Source: Candidatus Wolfebacteria bacterium
Lineage (GTDB): Bacteria > Patescibacteriota > Minisyncoccia > UBA6257 > UBA9933
Reading direction: 5' to 3'
NCBI GenBank assembly: GCA_024654025.1
Contig: JANLIR010000002.1
Location: forward strand, 168,959 to 232,958
DNA length: 64,000 nucleotides
The notes below the pieces were generated by a model. It saw nothing but the letters and a program-made list of their open reading frames with translations. It did not search any database and was not told the origin of the DNA. Below are positions 42,891 through 51,419 of the stretch, piece by piece. Numbering within the stretch: the stretch's first letter is position 1; every line of letters starts with the position of its first letter. A program made the translations under genes and the position numbers.

Positions 42891-43206
42891 TGGAAGCGGA
42901 GGGATTGAACCCTCGTCCGCAAATTTTTTTAAAAAAAATCTACAAGCTTAGTTCGTGAGAACAATTTTGCTCCTTATTCTCGTTTCGGATATCGGAGCGT
43001 TTCTCCGAAACAATCCCAATTTATTACACCAGCTAATCCCTTATTGGGAGTCAGAGGCTGATGGCTTAAGCTTTAACCGATTGGTTTAGGCGAAAGCGAA
43101 TGCCGGTTTATTGGCAATTATTTGTTGGTTCGTTGATTAGCGAGGTGACGCGCCATCCTCGGCCTGCATTTTTTTAAGAACAATCTGCGTCGAAACTTAC
43201 ACTCCC
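42891..43206 (-). ncRNA. ssrA: tmRNA (ssrA), predicted tag ANKPAFAFA
   Basis: 5' GGGAGTGTAAGTTTCGACGCAG pairs with 3' ...GGACGAGGGTTCAATCCCTCCGCTTCCA, giving acceptor GGGAGTG/CGCTTCC with G3-U70. PK1-like GCAGGCCGAGG..CCTCGC. Tag ORF GCC AAT AAA CCG GCA TTC GCT TTC GCC TAA. Confidence 0.8.
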
Positions 43207-43649
43207 TTGAATTTAGCCGTTCTCATTTCTTTTTCTACGTCTCTTTTCTTGATCACTTCTCTTTTGTCAGATTTCTTCCGGATTCGCCCAAGACCGAATT
43301 CTATTTTAATCCGGCCCGAAGCGTTTTTAGTATAAACTTTTAAAGGCACCAAAGTCAAGCCTTTTTCATGAGTTTTGCCTATCAGAGTATTGATTTCCGC
43401 GCGTTTCAAAAGCAGCCGTCGAGTTCGTTTAGAATCATAATTTTCCGGCATGTTTTTGGGCTGGTAAGGAGGAACATCGGCGTTAATCAGCCAAGCTTGG
43501 TTTTCTTTTGTTACGACGTATGACCCGGACAAATTAATTCTGCCGCTTTTTATTGATTTTACTTCAAATCCGAGCAGTTCAATGCCGGCCTCGTATTTAT
43601 CGAGGATATCATAATCGAAATATGCGCGTTTATTTTCGGCTAAAGCCAT
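43197..43649 (-). CDS. smpB: SsrA-binding protein SmpB
   Basis: NKRAYFDYDILDKYEAGIELLGFEVKS..., KGLTLVPLKVY. Confidence 0.93.
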   Translation of the reverse strand: MALAENKRAYFDYDILDKYEAGIELLGFEVKSIKSGRINLSGSYVVTKENQAWLINADVPPYQPKNMPENYDSKRTRRLLLKRAEINTLIGKTHEKGLTLVPLKVYTKNASGRIKIEFGLGRIRKKSDKREVIKKRDVEKEMRTAKFKGV

Positions 43650-43689
43650 GAGTTTAGTATAAAGTATTAGGCGGTAAGTATAAAGAAAA

Positions 43690-43717
43690 TAAAAAAACAG
43701 GGAGCATTTCTGCTCCC
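43690..43717 (-). terminator. terminator of the 79-aa cassette gene
   Basis: GGGAGCA gaaa TGCTCCC followed by a T7 run on the minus strand. Confidence 0.7.
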
Positions 43718-43738
43718 CTTTGGAGAAACCGGCTTACT

Positions 43739-43978
43739 TTAATAAGGTGGTTTGGCTGAAGCTTTCCTTCCGTTTGTAACCACGTCTTCCCATTTGGCAT
43801 CAGTTTCCATGATCGCTTCGACCAGTTTGTTGCGACTCATCTCGGTCGGGAACGGCCACGGTTTGCGGTAGTGTTTGCGCCACCTTTTTTTGGCCTTGTC
43901 CTTTTCCGGCCCTTCCGACATAAGAAGTTCAATCGTCATTGCCTCGTCATATTGCTTGGGAGTCAGTTTCGGTCGCAT
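43739..43978 (-). CDS. hypothetical small protein (GC-richer cassette)
   Basis: gAAAGGAGGcgctcaaATG. 79 aa, basic and Trp-rich. No family recognised. Confidence 0.5.
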   Translation of the reverse strand: MRPKLTPKQYDEAMTIELLMSEGPEKDKAKKRWRKHYRKPWPFPTEMSRNKLVEAIMETDAKWEDVVTNGRKASAKPPY

Positions 43979-44099
43979 TTGAGCGCCTCCTTTCGGAAAC
44001 TTTTGGAAATTGTAATATGTAGCTGTTATAACTATTTAAGACAATGCGGGTTGTGTCAAGGCTTTAAATTCGTCTCATTTTGCTTTAAACTGATTTTTA

Positions 44100-45722
44100 A
44101 TGATAAAAGAAAGAATCAAGAAAATTATCAAAGACGCTGTTGGAGAGGAAGCCGAGATTTTTGTACCGGAAAATGAAAAATTCGGACATTACTCGACTAA
44201 TGTTGCTTTGAGATTGGCAAAAGAAAAAAGCAAAAAACCGATGGCGATTGCGGAGGACATAAAAGATAAAATATTATCCTTCGATAAACTCAGGACCTTC
44301 GGTAAAATCGAAATTGCTTCGCCAGGATTTATCAATTTTTGGATTTCAGAAAAAACTTTACAAAACGAATTAAAAGAAATTTTAAAAAAGAAAAATTCTT
44401 ATGGTAAAGCGTCAAGTGTCAAGCGTAAAATGGGAAGCATTCAAGTAGAGTTTATTTCCGCCAATCCGACCGGACCTTTAACAATCGGAAACGGAAGAGG
44501 CGGGTTTTTTGGAGATGTTTTGGCGAATATTTTGAAATTTTCCGGAAATAAAATTATCAAAGAGTATTATGTTAACGACGCTAAAAACAGCACGCAAATA
44601 AGGGAATTGGGTAAAACCGGGCTTGGTCTGGGGGAAACTTATTTAACTCCCGGATTAAAAAAAATAATCAAAAAATTAAAGTCGAAGATTAGTAATGTAA
44701 TCCTTCGTTGCGCTCAGGATGCTCCGCAAAGCGTCGCAGGCGAAGTCGGCTATTTGTTGGCAGGCGAAATAAATAAACAAAACAAGAAATTTGTTGAGAA
44801 AGTTTTAAAAATCAAATTCGACAAATGGTTTTCCGAAGAATCTTTGTATAAAAGCGGAGCGGTAAAAAAACTTTTAAGCGATTTGAAGAAGAAAAATTTA
44901 GTTTATGAAAAAGAAGGCGCCTCGTGGTTTAAAGCAAAACAATTTGGCGACACCGAGGACCGCGTGCTTATAAGAAGTTCGGGCGAGCCGACTTATATTG
45001 TGCCTGACCTTGCTTATCACGCGGATAAATTTAAAAAAAGAAAATTTTCTAAAGCCATTGATGTTTGGGGAGCGGATCATCATGGCTATATTCCTCGGCT
45101 CAAAGCCGGATTAAAATCGCTTGGAATTTCCGAAGACCGGTTGAAGATTGTTATTGCTCAGATGGTTCGGCTTGTTAAAAATGGCCAGGAATACAAAATG
45201 TCCAAAAGAAAAGGAGATTACGTGACAATGGAGGATTTAATAAAAGAAGTTGGGCTCGACGCGGCAAGATTTTTCTTTTTAATGAGCGCGCCGGACACTC
45301 ATATGAATTTTGACCTTGATCTGGCAAAAGAGCGTTCAATGAAAAATCCAGTTTATTACGCGCAGTACGCGGCAGTTAGGGCGAACAGTATTCTGCAAAA
45401 AAATAAAAAACTTAAAAACTTAAAAACTAAAAGCAACCCAAATTTAAATTTATTAAGTACGAAAGAGGATGTAAATTTAATGAAAATACTGGCGAGATTT
45501 CCGGAAATTGTCGAAGAAGCGGCCCAAAATTACAACCCGCAAATTTTAGTCAGATATTCAATTGACCTGGCAAGGCAATTTCACAATTTTTACGAGAAAG
45601 AACATGTCATAGGCGAGCGGGCGGATTTGATGTCGGCGCGATTAGAACTTATAAAAGCCACCAAAATAATTTTTGAAATTTTGTTCAAGCTTTTGGGGAT
45701 TAGCTATTCAAGAAAGATGTAA
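44100..45722 (+). CDS. argS: arginine--tRNA ligase
   Basis: Class I signatures ISANPTGPLTIGNGRGG (HIGH-like) and KMSKRKG. C-terminal anticodon-binding domain. Confidence 0.93.
   Translation: MIKERIKKIIKDAVGEEAEIFVPENEKFGHYSTNVALRLAKEKSKKPMAIAEDIKDKILSFDKLRTFGKIEIASPGFINFWISEKTLQNELKEILKKKNSYGKASSVKRKMGSIQVEFISANPTGPLTIGNGRGGFFGDVLANILKFSGNKIIKEYYVNDAKNSTQIRELGKTGLGLGETYLTPGLKKIIKKLKSKISNVILRCAQDAPQSVAGEVGYLLAGEINKQNKKFVEKVLKIKFDKWFSEESLYKSGAVKKLLSDLKKKNLVYEKEGASWFKAKQFGDTEDRVLIRSSGEPTYIVPDLAYHADKFKKRKFSKAIDVWGADHHGYIPRLKAGLKSLGISEDRLKIVIAQMVRLVKNGQEYKMSKRKGDYVTMEDLIKEVGLDAARFFFLMSAPDTHMNFDLDLAKERSMKNPVYYAQYAAVRANSILQKNKKLKNLKTKSNPNLNLLSTKEDVNLMKILARFPEIVEEAAQNYNPQILVRYSIDLARQFHNFYEKEHVIGERADLMSARLELIKATKIIFEILFKLLGISYSRKM
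44404..44438 (+). repeat. 5 x 7-nt heptad array inside argS
   Basis: GTAAAGC GTCAAGT GTCAAGC GTAAAAT GGGAAGC. Encodes GKASSVKRKMGS. Confidence 0.65.
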
Positions 45723-45814
45723 TATTAACATTTTAAGTTTCTCCCTAGTCTTCGGACACTATGTCTTGTTTTTATTGTTTGAGATTTTTTAAGTTTTAGT
45801 TTATATAATTATGT

Positions 45815-46654
45815 ATGCAAGCTATCAACGGGAAAGAAATTGCCCAAAAAATAATAGAAAATTTAAAAAATAAGCCAAAACCGGAAAAAATTTTGGCGGT
45901 AATTAAAGTTGGCGAAAACCCGGCATCAGAAAGTTTTATAAAGCAAAAAGAAAAAGTCGCCAAAGAATTGAAGGTGGATTTTCGGCTTTACGATCTTAAT
46001 GAGAATATCTCGCAAGATGATTTGAGAAAAGAAGTTGTTAAACTCGCTAATTTAAAAAAAGTAGGCGGAATAATTATTCAACTTCCTTTGCCAAAGCACA
46101 TAAATAATCAATACGTTTTAAACGTGATTCCGCGCGAAAAAGACATTGATGTTTTGGGCGAGCGATCTTTGGGCGCATTTTACGCCGGCCGTAATCCGGT
46201 TTTGCCGCCTTCAGTTGCCACAGTTGAAGAATTGTTGCGAGCTACAAGCTACAAGTTGCAAGTTGTAAAAGTTGCCGTTGTCGGTCTTGGCCAATTAGTG
46301 GGCAAACCAATTGCGGTGTGGCTGATAAAAAAATGTAAAGAACTTTATTTATTGGACCAAGGAAGCGACTTGGGAATATTAAAACAGGCGGATTTAGTGA
46401 TTTTAGGGGTTGGTAAAGCGGAAATTATAAGGCCGGATATGTTAAAGGAAAGCGCTTCAGTTATAGATTTCGGTTATGAAAGAAGCGAAGGACAAACAGG
46501 CGCTATTTCGGGAGATTTTGACGCCTCAGCGTTATTGGCTAGTGGCTATTCATTAATGACTGGGTTTTATACCCGTACTCCCGGCGGTACCGGTCCTGTG
46601 CTGGTGGCGAAAATTTTCGAAAACTTTTATACTTTGAACAATGAAAATGAATAG
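45815..46654 (+). CDS. folD: bifunctional methylenetetrahydrofolate dehydrogenase/cyclohydrolase
   Basis: VGENPASESFIKQKEK, GIIIQLPLP, DIDVLG, VVGLGQLVGKP, TPGGTGPV. Confidence 0.9.
   Translation: MQAINGKEIAQKIIENLKNKPKPEKILAVIKVGENPASESFIKQKEKVAKELKVDFRLYDLNENISQDDLRKEVVKLANLKKVGGIIIQLPLPKHINNQYVLNVIPREKDIDVLGERSLGAFYAGRNPVLPPSVATVEELLRATSYKLQVVKVAVVGLGQLVGKPIAVWLIKKCKELYLLDQGSDLGILKQADLVILGVGKAEIIRPDMLKESASVIDFGYERSEGQTGAISGDFDASALLASGYSLMTGFYTRTPGGTGPVLVAKIFENFYTLNNENE
46234..46268 (+). repeat. 5 x 7-nt heptad array inside folD
   Basis: GTTGCGA GCTACAA GCTACAA GTTGCAA GTTGTAA. Confidence 0.65.
46532..46561 (+). repeat. 30-nt repeat, copy 1 (in frame in folD)
   Basis: TTATTGGCTAGTGGCTATTCAttAATGACT. 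28/30 identical to 51390-51419. Confidence 0.85.
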
Positions 46655-47558
46655 GAAGGTGGTGGTTATTTTTATATTGCTAGTGGTAGTAATAGTCGCG
46701 GTTTTTTCGTTGAGGTTCCAGCGAACATTTTTTGTTTTCTCCAGCGGCAACGGAAATAAGGACGCTAGCGAGGGCATTAATTTTTTAGTTCTCGGAAAAA
46801 CCGGCAAAGTAATCGGCTGGAACTTCGCGCCCGATTTGGCTGATTCGATTTTTTTGGTCAATTATGTCCCAAAAATCGGGGTGGTCAATTTGATATCATT
46901 GCCGCGAGATCTTTACGTCAATATTGGCAATGAGCAATTCAAATTGAATGAAATTATCAAGAGAAACAAGATAAATGAATTCTTAAAAGGCAATTTAGTT
47001 GAAATGACAGGAATAAAAACTGACCGCTATGTCGTAATCGACGTTGATTTTGTAAAACAGGTTGTCGATGATTTGGGCGGTATTGAAGTGAATTTGCCGT
47101 CGCCCGCGATTGATTGGGCGAGCGGATATACAATGCCGACCGGCAACCGCCATTTGACCGGAGAAGACGTTGTTTGGCTGGTCAGAAACCGGTATTCTTC
47201 CGAGGGTGATTTTTTCAGGGAGAAAAACCAGCACGCTGTCATAAAATCAATTTTCGAAAAATATAAAAATTTAGGATATTTTGAAAAAGCCAAATTCGTT
47301 TTTAAAGCATTGCCCTTGCTCGCTCAGCTTGAGGGCAATATAAACGTGCAGGAATTTTTAACACCGGCATTTAATGTGAGCAATTTAAGATTCAACGATA
47401 TTGTTTTTGATTTTTCCACGGAGATTCTTCAAAGTTCCGGAGTGGTCGTGCCTGTCGGGACATCAAGCACTTCAACCGCGTATATATTGGTTCCTCGAGC
47501 CGGGCAAAACAATTACAGCGAATTAAAAGATTTCATCCAAAGCAAAATAGAGCGCTAA
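46641..47558 (+). CDS. LytR-CpsA-Psr (LCP) family protein
   Basis: N-terminal TM anchor. NFLVLG...DSIFLVNY...ISLPRDLYV...VVIDVDFVKQVVDDLGGIEV. Confidence 0.85.
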   Translation: MKMNRKVVVIFILLVVVIVAVFSLRFQRTFFVFSSGNGNKDASEGINFLVLGKTGKVIGWNFAPDLADSIFLVNYVPKIGVVNLISLPRDLYVNIGNEQFKLNEIIKRNKINEFLKGNLVEMTGIKTDRYVVIDVDFVKQVVDDLGGIEVNLPSPAIDWASGYTMPTGNRHLTGEDVVWLVRNRYSSEGDFFREKNQHAVIKSIFEKYKNLGYFEKAKFVFKALPLLAQLEGNINVQEFLTPAFNVSNLRFNDIVFDFSTEILQSSGVVVPVGTSSTSTAYILVPRAGQNNYSELKDFIQSKIER

Positions 47559-47560
47559 AA

Positions 47561-47595
47561 CAGGGTTTAGGGTATAGCCACTAGGGTTTAGTGGA
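47561..47595. repeat. 5 x 7-nt heptad array between the LCP gene and pth
   Basis: CAGGGTT TAGGGTA TAGCCAC TAGGGTT TAGTGGA. Overlaps the last pth codons. Confidence 0.6.
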
Positions 47596-48130
47596 AAATT
47601 TCTCGGGAAGCTTTTTCAAAAACAGAACTTATTTTTTTCAGGTCTTCGTTGGAAATTTTTCTAAGTACGAGGTCTCCGGCTTTTTTCCTGCCTCTTAATT
47701 TAACAAGTAATCCTGTTTTTGTACCGTTTATTCCTATTCTTAACCGCCAGAATTTTTGAGTCTTTAACGCATGAATAATAGATTCTACTCCTTTGTGTCC
47801 CGCGCTTGACCGATTAAATTGTAATTTGTATTTTCCCAGTTCAATATCTGCGTCATCGTGGATTATTAAAATTTGTTCCGGTCTAATAGCGCTTTTTTGG
47901 GAAAAATATTTAATCGCCTCCGAAACCGCTTTGCCGGACTCGTTCATAAAAACCGATGATTTAATAATAACAACTTCGCCTTCTTTGAAGTATTCGAAAT
48001 TTTTACTTCTTTTCCATTGGACTCCCGTTTTATTGTTTAGAAAATCGGCAAATAAAAAACCAACATTGTGAAAAGTTTTTTCGTATTCTTTGTCGGGATT
48101 TCCCAATCCGATTGTTAATTTGACATTCAT
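47588..48130 (-). CDS. pth: peptidyl-tRNA hydrolase
   Basis: LTIGLGNPDKEYEKTFHNVGF, IIHDDADIELGK, SSAGHKG. Confidence 0.92.
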   Translation of the reverse strand: MNVKLTIGLGNPDKEYEKTFHNVGFLFADFLNNKTGVQWKRSKNFEYFKEGEVVIIKSSVFMNESGKAVSEAIKYFSQKSAIRPEQILIIHDDADIELGKYKLQFNRSSAGHKGVESIIHALKTQKFWRLRIGINGTKTGLLVKLRGRKKAGDLVLRKISNEDLKKISSVFEKASREIFH

Positions 48131-48189
48131 ATCTCCTAATATTAGAATGTAAGCGACATTTTTTCAATTTACCCCTATTTTTAAAAAAC

Positions 48190-48738
48190 ATGAAATCATT
48201 CCTCCTCGCCTTAAAAGAAATATTGGAAATTGTTTTAATCGCTGTTTTGGCGGTCGGTGGAGTTCGGTATTTCCTTATCCAGCCATTTTTAGTCAATGGC
48301 TCCAGCATGGAACCTAATTTTGAAAGCGGAGATTATATTCTCATAAATGAAATATCATACCGTTTTCGCGAGCCTCAAAGAGGCGAAGTTATTGTTTTTC
48401 ATTATCCTAATAACGAAAAGACATATTTCATAAAAAGAGTAATAGGTCTTCCCCAGGAGCGCGTAGTTATTAAAAACGGTGAAGTAAAGATATTTAACAG
48501 CTCTAACGCCAAAGGGTTTGTTATTAAAGAAAGTTACCTGCCATCGATAGAAAAAACTAGCGGTGATATAGACAAGACTCTAGGAAGTGATGAGTATTTT
48601 GTTATGGGAGATAACAGAGGCTTTAGTTTTGATTCCCGACAATGGGGCACTCTTAAAAAAGGCGAAATAGTCGGTATTGCGTGGTTAAGATTATGGCCGC
48701 TTGATAAGGCCAAAGCTTTTGAAAGTCCGGCTTATTAA
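48190..48738 (+). CDS. lepB: signal peptidase I
   Basis: NGSSMEPNF (catalytic Ser), FIKRVIGLPQE (Lys box), YFVMGDNRGFSFDSR. Confidence 0.9.
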   Translation: MKSFLLALKEILEIVLIAVLAVGGVRYFLIQPFLVNGSSMEPNFESGDYILINEISYRFREPQRGEVIVFHYPNNEKTYFIKRVIGLPQERVVIKNGEVKIFNSSNAKGFVIKESYLPSIEKTSGDIDKTLGSDEYFVMGDNRGFSFDSRQWGTLKKGEIVGIAWLRLWPLDKAKAFESPAY

Positions 48739-48742
48739 ATAA

Positions 48743-50074
48743 ATGTCAAAAACTTCCAAAAAAGAAAACAAAAAAGAAAAAAGGGTGAAAAAGGTCAGAC
48801 AACTTCCCCAATCTCCAAAAGGAATGCACGATATATTGCCTGAGGACCAGCCTCTTTGGGAAAGAATCAGAAACAAAGCAAGAAGCATTGCCGGTCTTTA
48901 TAGTTTTTCTCGAATCGACACCCACATCGTGGAGAAAGCCGAAATTTTTGAGCGCGGCGTTGGCCAAGAATCGGAGATTGTCCAAAAGCAAATGTTTTAT
49001 ATAAAAACCCCTGCCCGCTCGGCAGGCGGGAAAGACGACGATAAGCTGGCTTTGCAGCCCGAAGGCACCGCTTCGGTAATGAGATCATATTTTGAAAACG
49101 GTTTAAGTCGCATGGGTCAGCCTGTCAAGCTTTATTACGAAGCGCCAATGTTCCGTTACGAACAGCCGCAGCAAGCGAGGTTTAGGCAGTTTTACCAATT
49201 TGGGATAGAAATTTTAGGCGGCGAGAGCGAACCGGCTTATGACGCTCAAGCCATGCTTATTCCTTATAAAATATTGGAAAGTTTAAAAGTAAAAAATATC
49301 ACCATTAAAATAAATAGCATCGGTTGCCATAATTGCCGCGGCAATTTTTTGAAAAAACTCCAGCAGTATTATAAAAGACATCAAAAAGATACTTGCAAAG
49401 ATTGCGAAAAAAGAATCAGCTCTAATCCGATGCGCCTCTTGGATTGTAAAAACGAAAAATGCCAGCCCATTAAAGCCGGAGCGCCGGTAATTTTGGATTT
49501 TTTATGCAGCCAGTGCAAAGCGCATTTTAAAAAAGTTATGGAATTCGCCGATGAATTAAAATTGCCTTATGTAATCGACCATCTTTTGGTTCGAGGCCTT
49601 GATTATTACAACCGCACGGTGTTCGAAATTTTCAGTGAAAAAGCTCCGTTCGCTTTGGTAGCCGGAGGAAGATACGATTATTTGTCGGAAATGCTCGGGC
49701 AAGGGAGAATCGCCGCTGTGGGAAGCAGTATTGGTTTAAACAGGGTTGCGGGAGTTTTAAAAGAGGAGGTGAAAGGGGTTTTAAGGAGCCAGCCGAAAGT
49801 TTTTTTGATTCATCTTGGCGATGCGGCAAAAAAGAAAGGCCTTAGTTTAATCCAAAAACTAGTAGAAGAAGGGATAAGTATCGGAGAGTCTTTCGGCAGG
49901 GAATCATTAAAGTCCCAGCTTCGGATGGCTGACAAGGAAAAAGCGCTTTTAGCGTTAATTATCGGGCAAAAAGAAGTTTTTGAAGAAAGCGTGATTGTCC
50001 GCGATATGACTAGCGGCGTTCAGGAAACGATTCCTTTAACCAAAATTATCGAGGACATTAAAAAGAGAACATAA
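48743..50074 (+). CDS. hisS: histidine--tRNA ligase
   Basis: PKGMHDILPED, LQPEGTAS, FRYEQPQQARFRQFYQFG (motif 2), GGRYD (motif 3), C-terminal anticodon-binding domain. Confidence 0.93.
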   Translation: MSKTSKKENKKEKRVKKVRQLPQSPKGMHDILPEDQPLWERIRNKARSIAGLYSFSRIDTHIVEKAEIFERGVGQESEIVQKQMFYIKTPARSAGGKDDDKLALQPEGTASVMRSYFENGLSRMGQPVKLYYEAPMFRYEQPQQARFRQFYQFGIEILGGESEPAYDAQAMLIPYKILESLKVKNITIKINSIGCHNCRGNFLKKLQQYYKRHQKDTCKDCEKRISSNPMRLLDCKNEKCQPIKAGAPVILDFLCSQCKAHFKKVMEFADELKLPYVIDHLLVRGLDYYNRTVFEIFSEKAPFALVAGGRYDYLSEMLGQGRIAAVGSSIGLNRVAGVLKEEVKGVLRSQPKVFLIHLGDAAKKKGLSLIQKLVEEGISIGESFGRESLKSQLRMADKEKALLALIIGQKEVFEESVIVRDMTSGVQETIPLTKIIEDIKKRT

Positions 50075-50078
50075 GTTT

Positions 50079-50489
50079 ATGGAGTGCGTTTTTTGCAAAA
50101 TAATCAATAAGGAGATAGGGTCGGAGATTGTTTATGAGGATGAAAATGCAGTTGGTGTTTTGGATATTCATCCTCGTTCGCCCGGCCACGTTATGGCGCT
50201 TCCAAAATTTCACTCCGAAAATATTTTGGATTTGCCCGATGGGGAAATAGCGGGAGTTTTTTTGGCTGTTAAAAAAATAACGGGTATTTTGAAAAAAACT
50301 TTTAACCCTGACGGATTTACCATAGGCATTAATCACGGCAAAGCCAGCGGACAGGCAGTTGATCATCTTCATATTCATATAATGCCTAGATGGCATGGCG
50401 ACGGAGGTGGTTCTATTCATAACGTAGTTAATAATCCTACGGAAAATTCTTTAGGAGAAATCGCCAGTAAAATACGAAAAAATAGTTGA
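50079..50489 (+). CDS. HIT family (histidine triad) protein
   Basis: CVFCKII...GQAVDHLHIHIMPR. Confidence 0.88.
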   Translation: MECVFCKIINKEIGSEIVYEDENAVGVLDIHPRSPGHVMALPKFHSENILDLPDGEIAGVFLAVKKITGILKKTFNPDGFTIGINHGKASGQAVDHLHIHIMPRWHGDGGGSIHNVVNNPTENSLGEIASKIRKNS

Positions 50490-50550
50490 TTGATTTTTTG
50501 TTTGACATAATTTTTTTTATCTGCTAATTTTATCATCATTAACTAATTAA

Positions 50551-50585
50551 TTATAAGCTATCGGCTATCCACTATGGCTATTTCA
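50551..50585. repeat. heptad array overlapping the rpsU start codon
   Basis: TTATAAG CTATCGG CTATCCA CTATGGC TATTTCA. The ATG is at 50574. Confidence 0.55.
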
Positions 50586-50789
50586 GTAAAAAGAAGAGAA
50601 GGGGAATCGGCAAGCTCGTTTTTGTACCGGTTCACCAAAAAAATGCAGCAAAGCGGAGTTTTGCGCGAAGCCAAAAAAAGAAGGTTTACGCATAGAAATA
50701 TAAATAAAAACAAAAGGAAGGCCTCGGCTTTGTATAAGTCCCAAAAAATGAAGGAAGTTTTGGCCGCGAAAAAACTGGGGAAGTTTTAG
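50574..50789 (+). CDS. rpsU: 30S ribosomal protein S21
   Basis: VKRREGESASSFLYRFTKKMQQSGVLREAKKRRF. Confidence 0.85.
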   Translation: MAISVKRREGESASSFLYRFTKKMQQSGVLREAKKRRFTHRNINKNKRKASALYKSQKMKEVLAAKKLGKF

Positions 50790-50919
50790 TAGTATCGCGA
50801 AGCCCTTGGGCGAAGCTTATATCGCGCCGAAGGCGCATTTATCAATAAATATCGACAAGGATACTTATAGATATATGTGGATATTTGCTCGCTAACACTC
50901 GCGATATTAATTTTGAATT

Positions 50920-51378
50920 ATGCTTCTCAACAAATTAAACGAGGATTTAAAAATAGCGCTCAAAGGAAGGGATAGTTTCAAAACCGGTGTAATTCGGATG
51001 GTTTTGGCTTCGGTTAAAAACAAGGAAATAGAAAAAAGAGGTAAGGGTCAGGAGCCAGTCTTGGCCGAAGAAGAACTGGTCGATTTGTTGATGAAAGAAG
51101 CGAAAAAAAGAAAAGAATCCGCCGATATTTATAAACAAGGAAATAGAAATGATCTGGCGCAAAAAGAAGAAGAAGAATTTGAATTTATTAAAAATTATTT
51201 GCCCGAGCAGCTAGGCGAGGAAGAAATAGAAAAAATTGTTAAAGTTGCTATAGAAAAAACCAACGCCAAAGAAATTAAAGACATAGGGCGCGTTATGGCC
51301 GAAGCCATGAAAGAATTAAAAGGCAAAGCCCAGCCGGGCGCAGTTAGCGAAATAATTAAAAAACTGCTAACCAATTAA
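50920..51378 (+). CDS. GatB/YqeY domain protein
   Basis: LNEDLKIALKGRD...VLASVKNKEIE...IKNYLPEQL... Confidence 0.8.
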   Translation: MLLNKLNEDLKIALKGRDSFKTGVIRMVLASVKNKEIEKRGKGQEPVLAEEELVDLLMKEAKKRKESADIYKQGNRNDLAQKEEEEFEFIKNYLPEQLGEEEIEKIVKVAIEKTNAKEIKDIGRVMAEAMKELKGKAQPGAVSEIIKKLLTN

Positions 51379-51389
51379 TTTTTAAAACC

Positions 51390-51419
51390 TTATTGGCTAG
51401 TGGCTATTCACAAATGACT
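51390..51419 (+). repeat. 30-nt repeat, copy 2 (at the rpiB 5' end)
   Basis: TTATTGGCTAGTGGCTATTCAcaAATGACT. Confidence 0.85.

Noticed and set aside
42875-42922. N-terminal extension of the infC ORF
   Set aside because: It overlaps the tmRNA 3' end (T arm and acceptor). IF-3 genes classically use an unusual start such as ATT.
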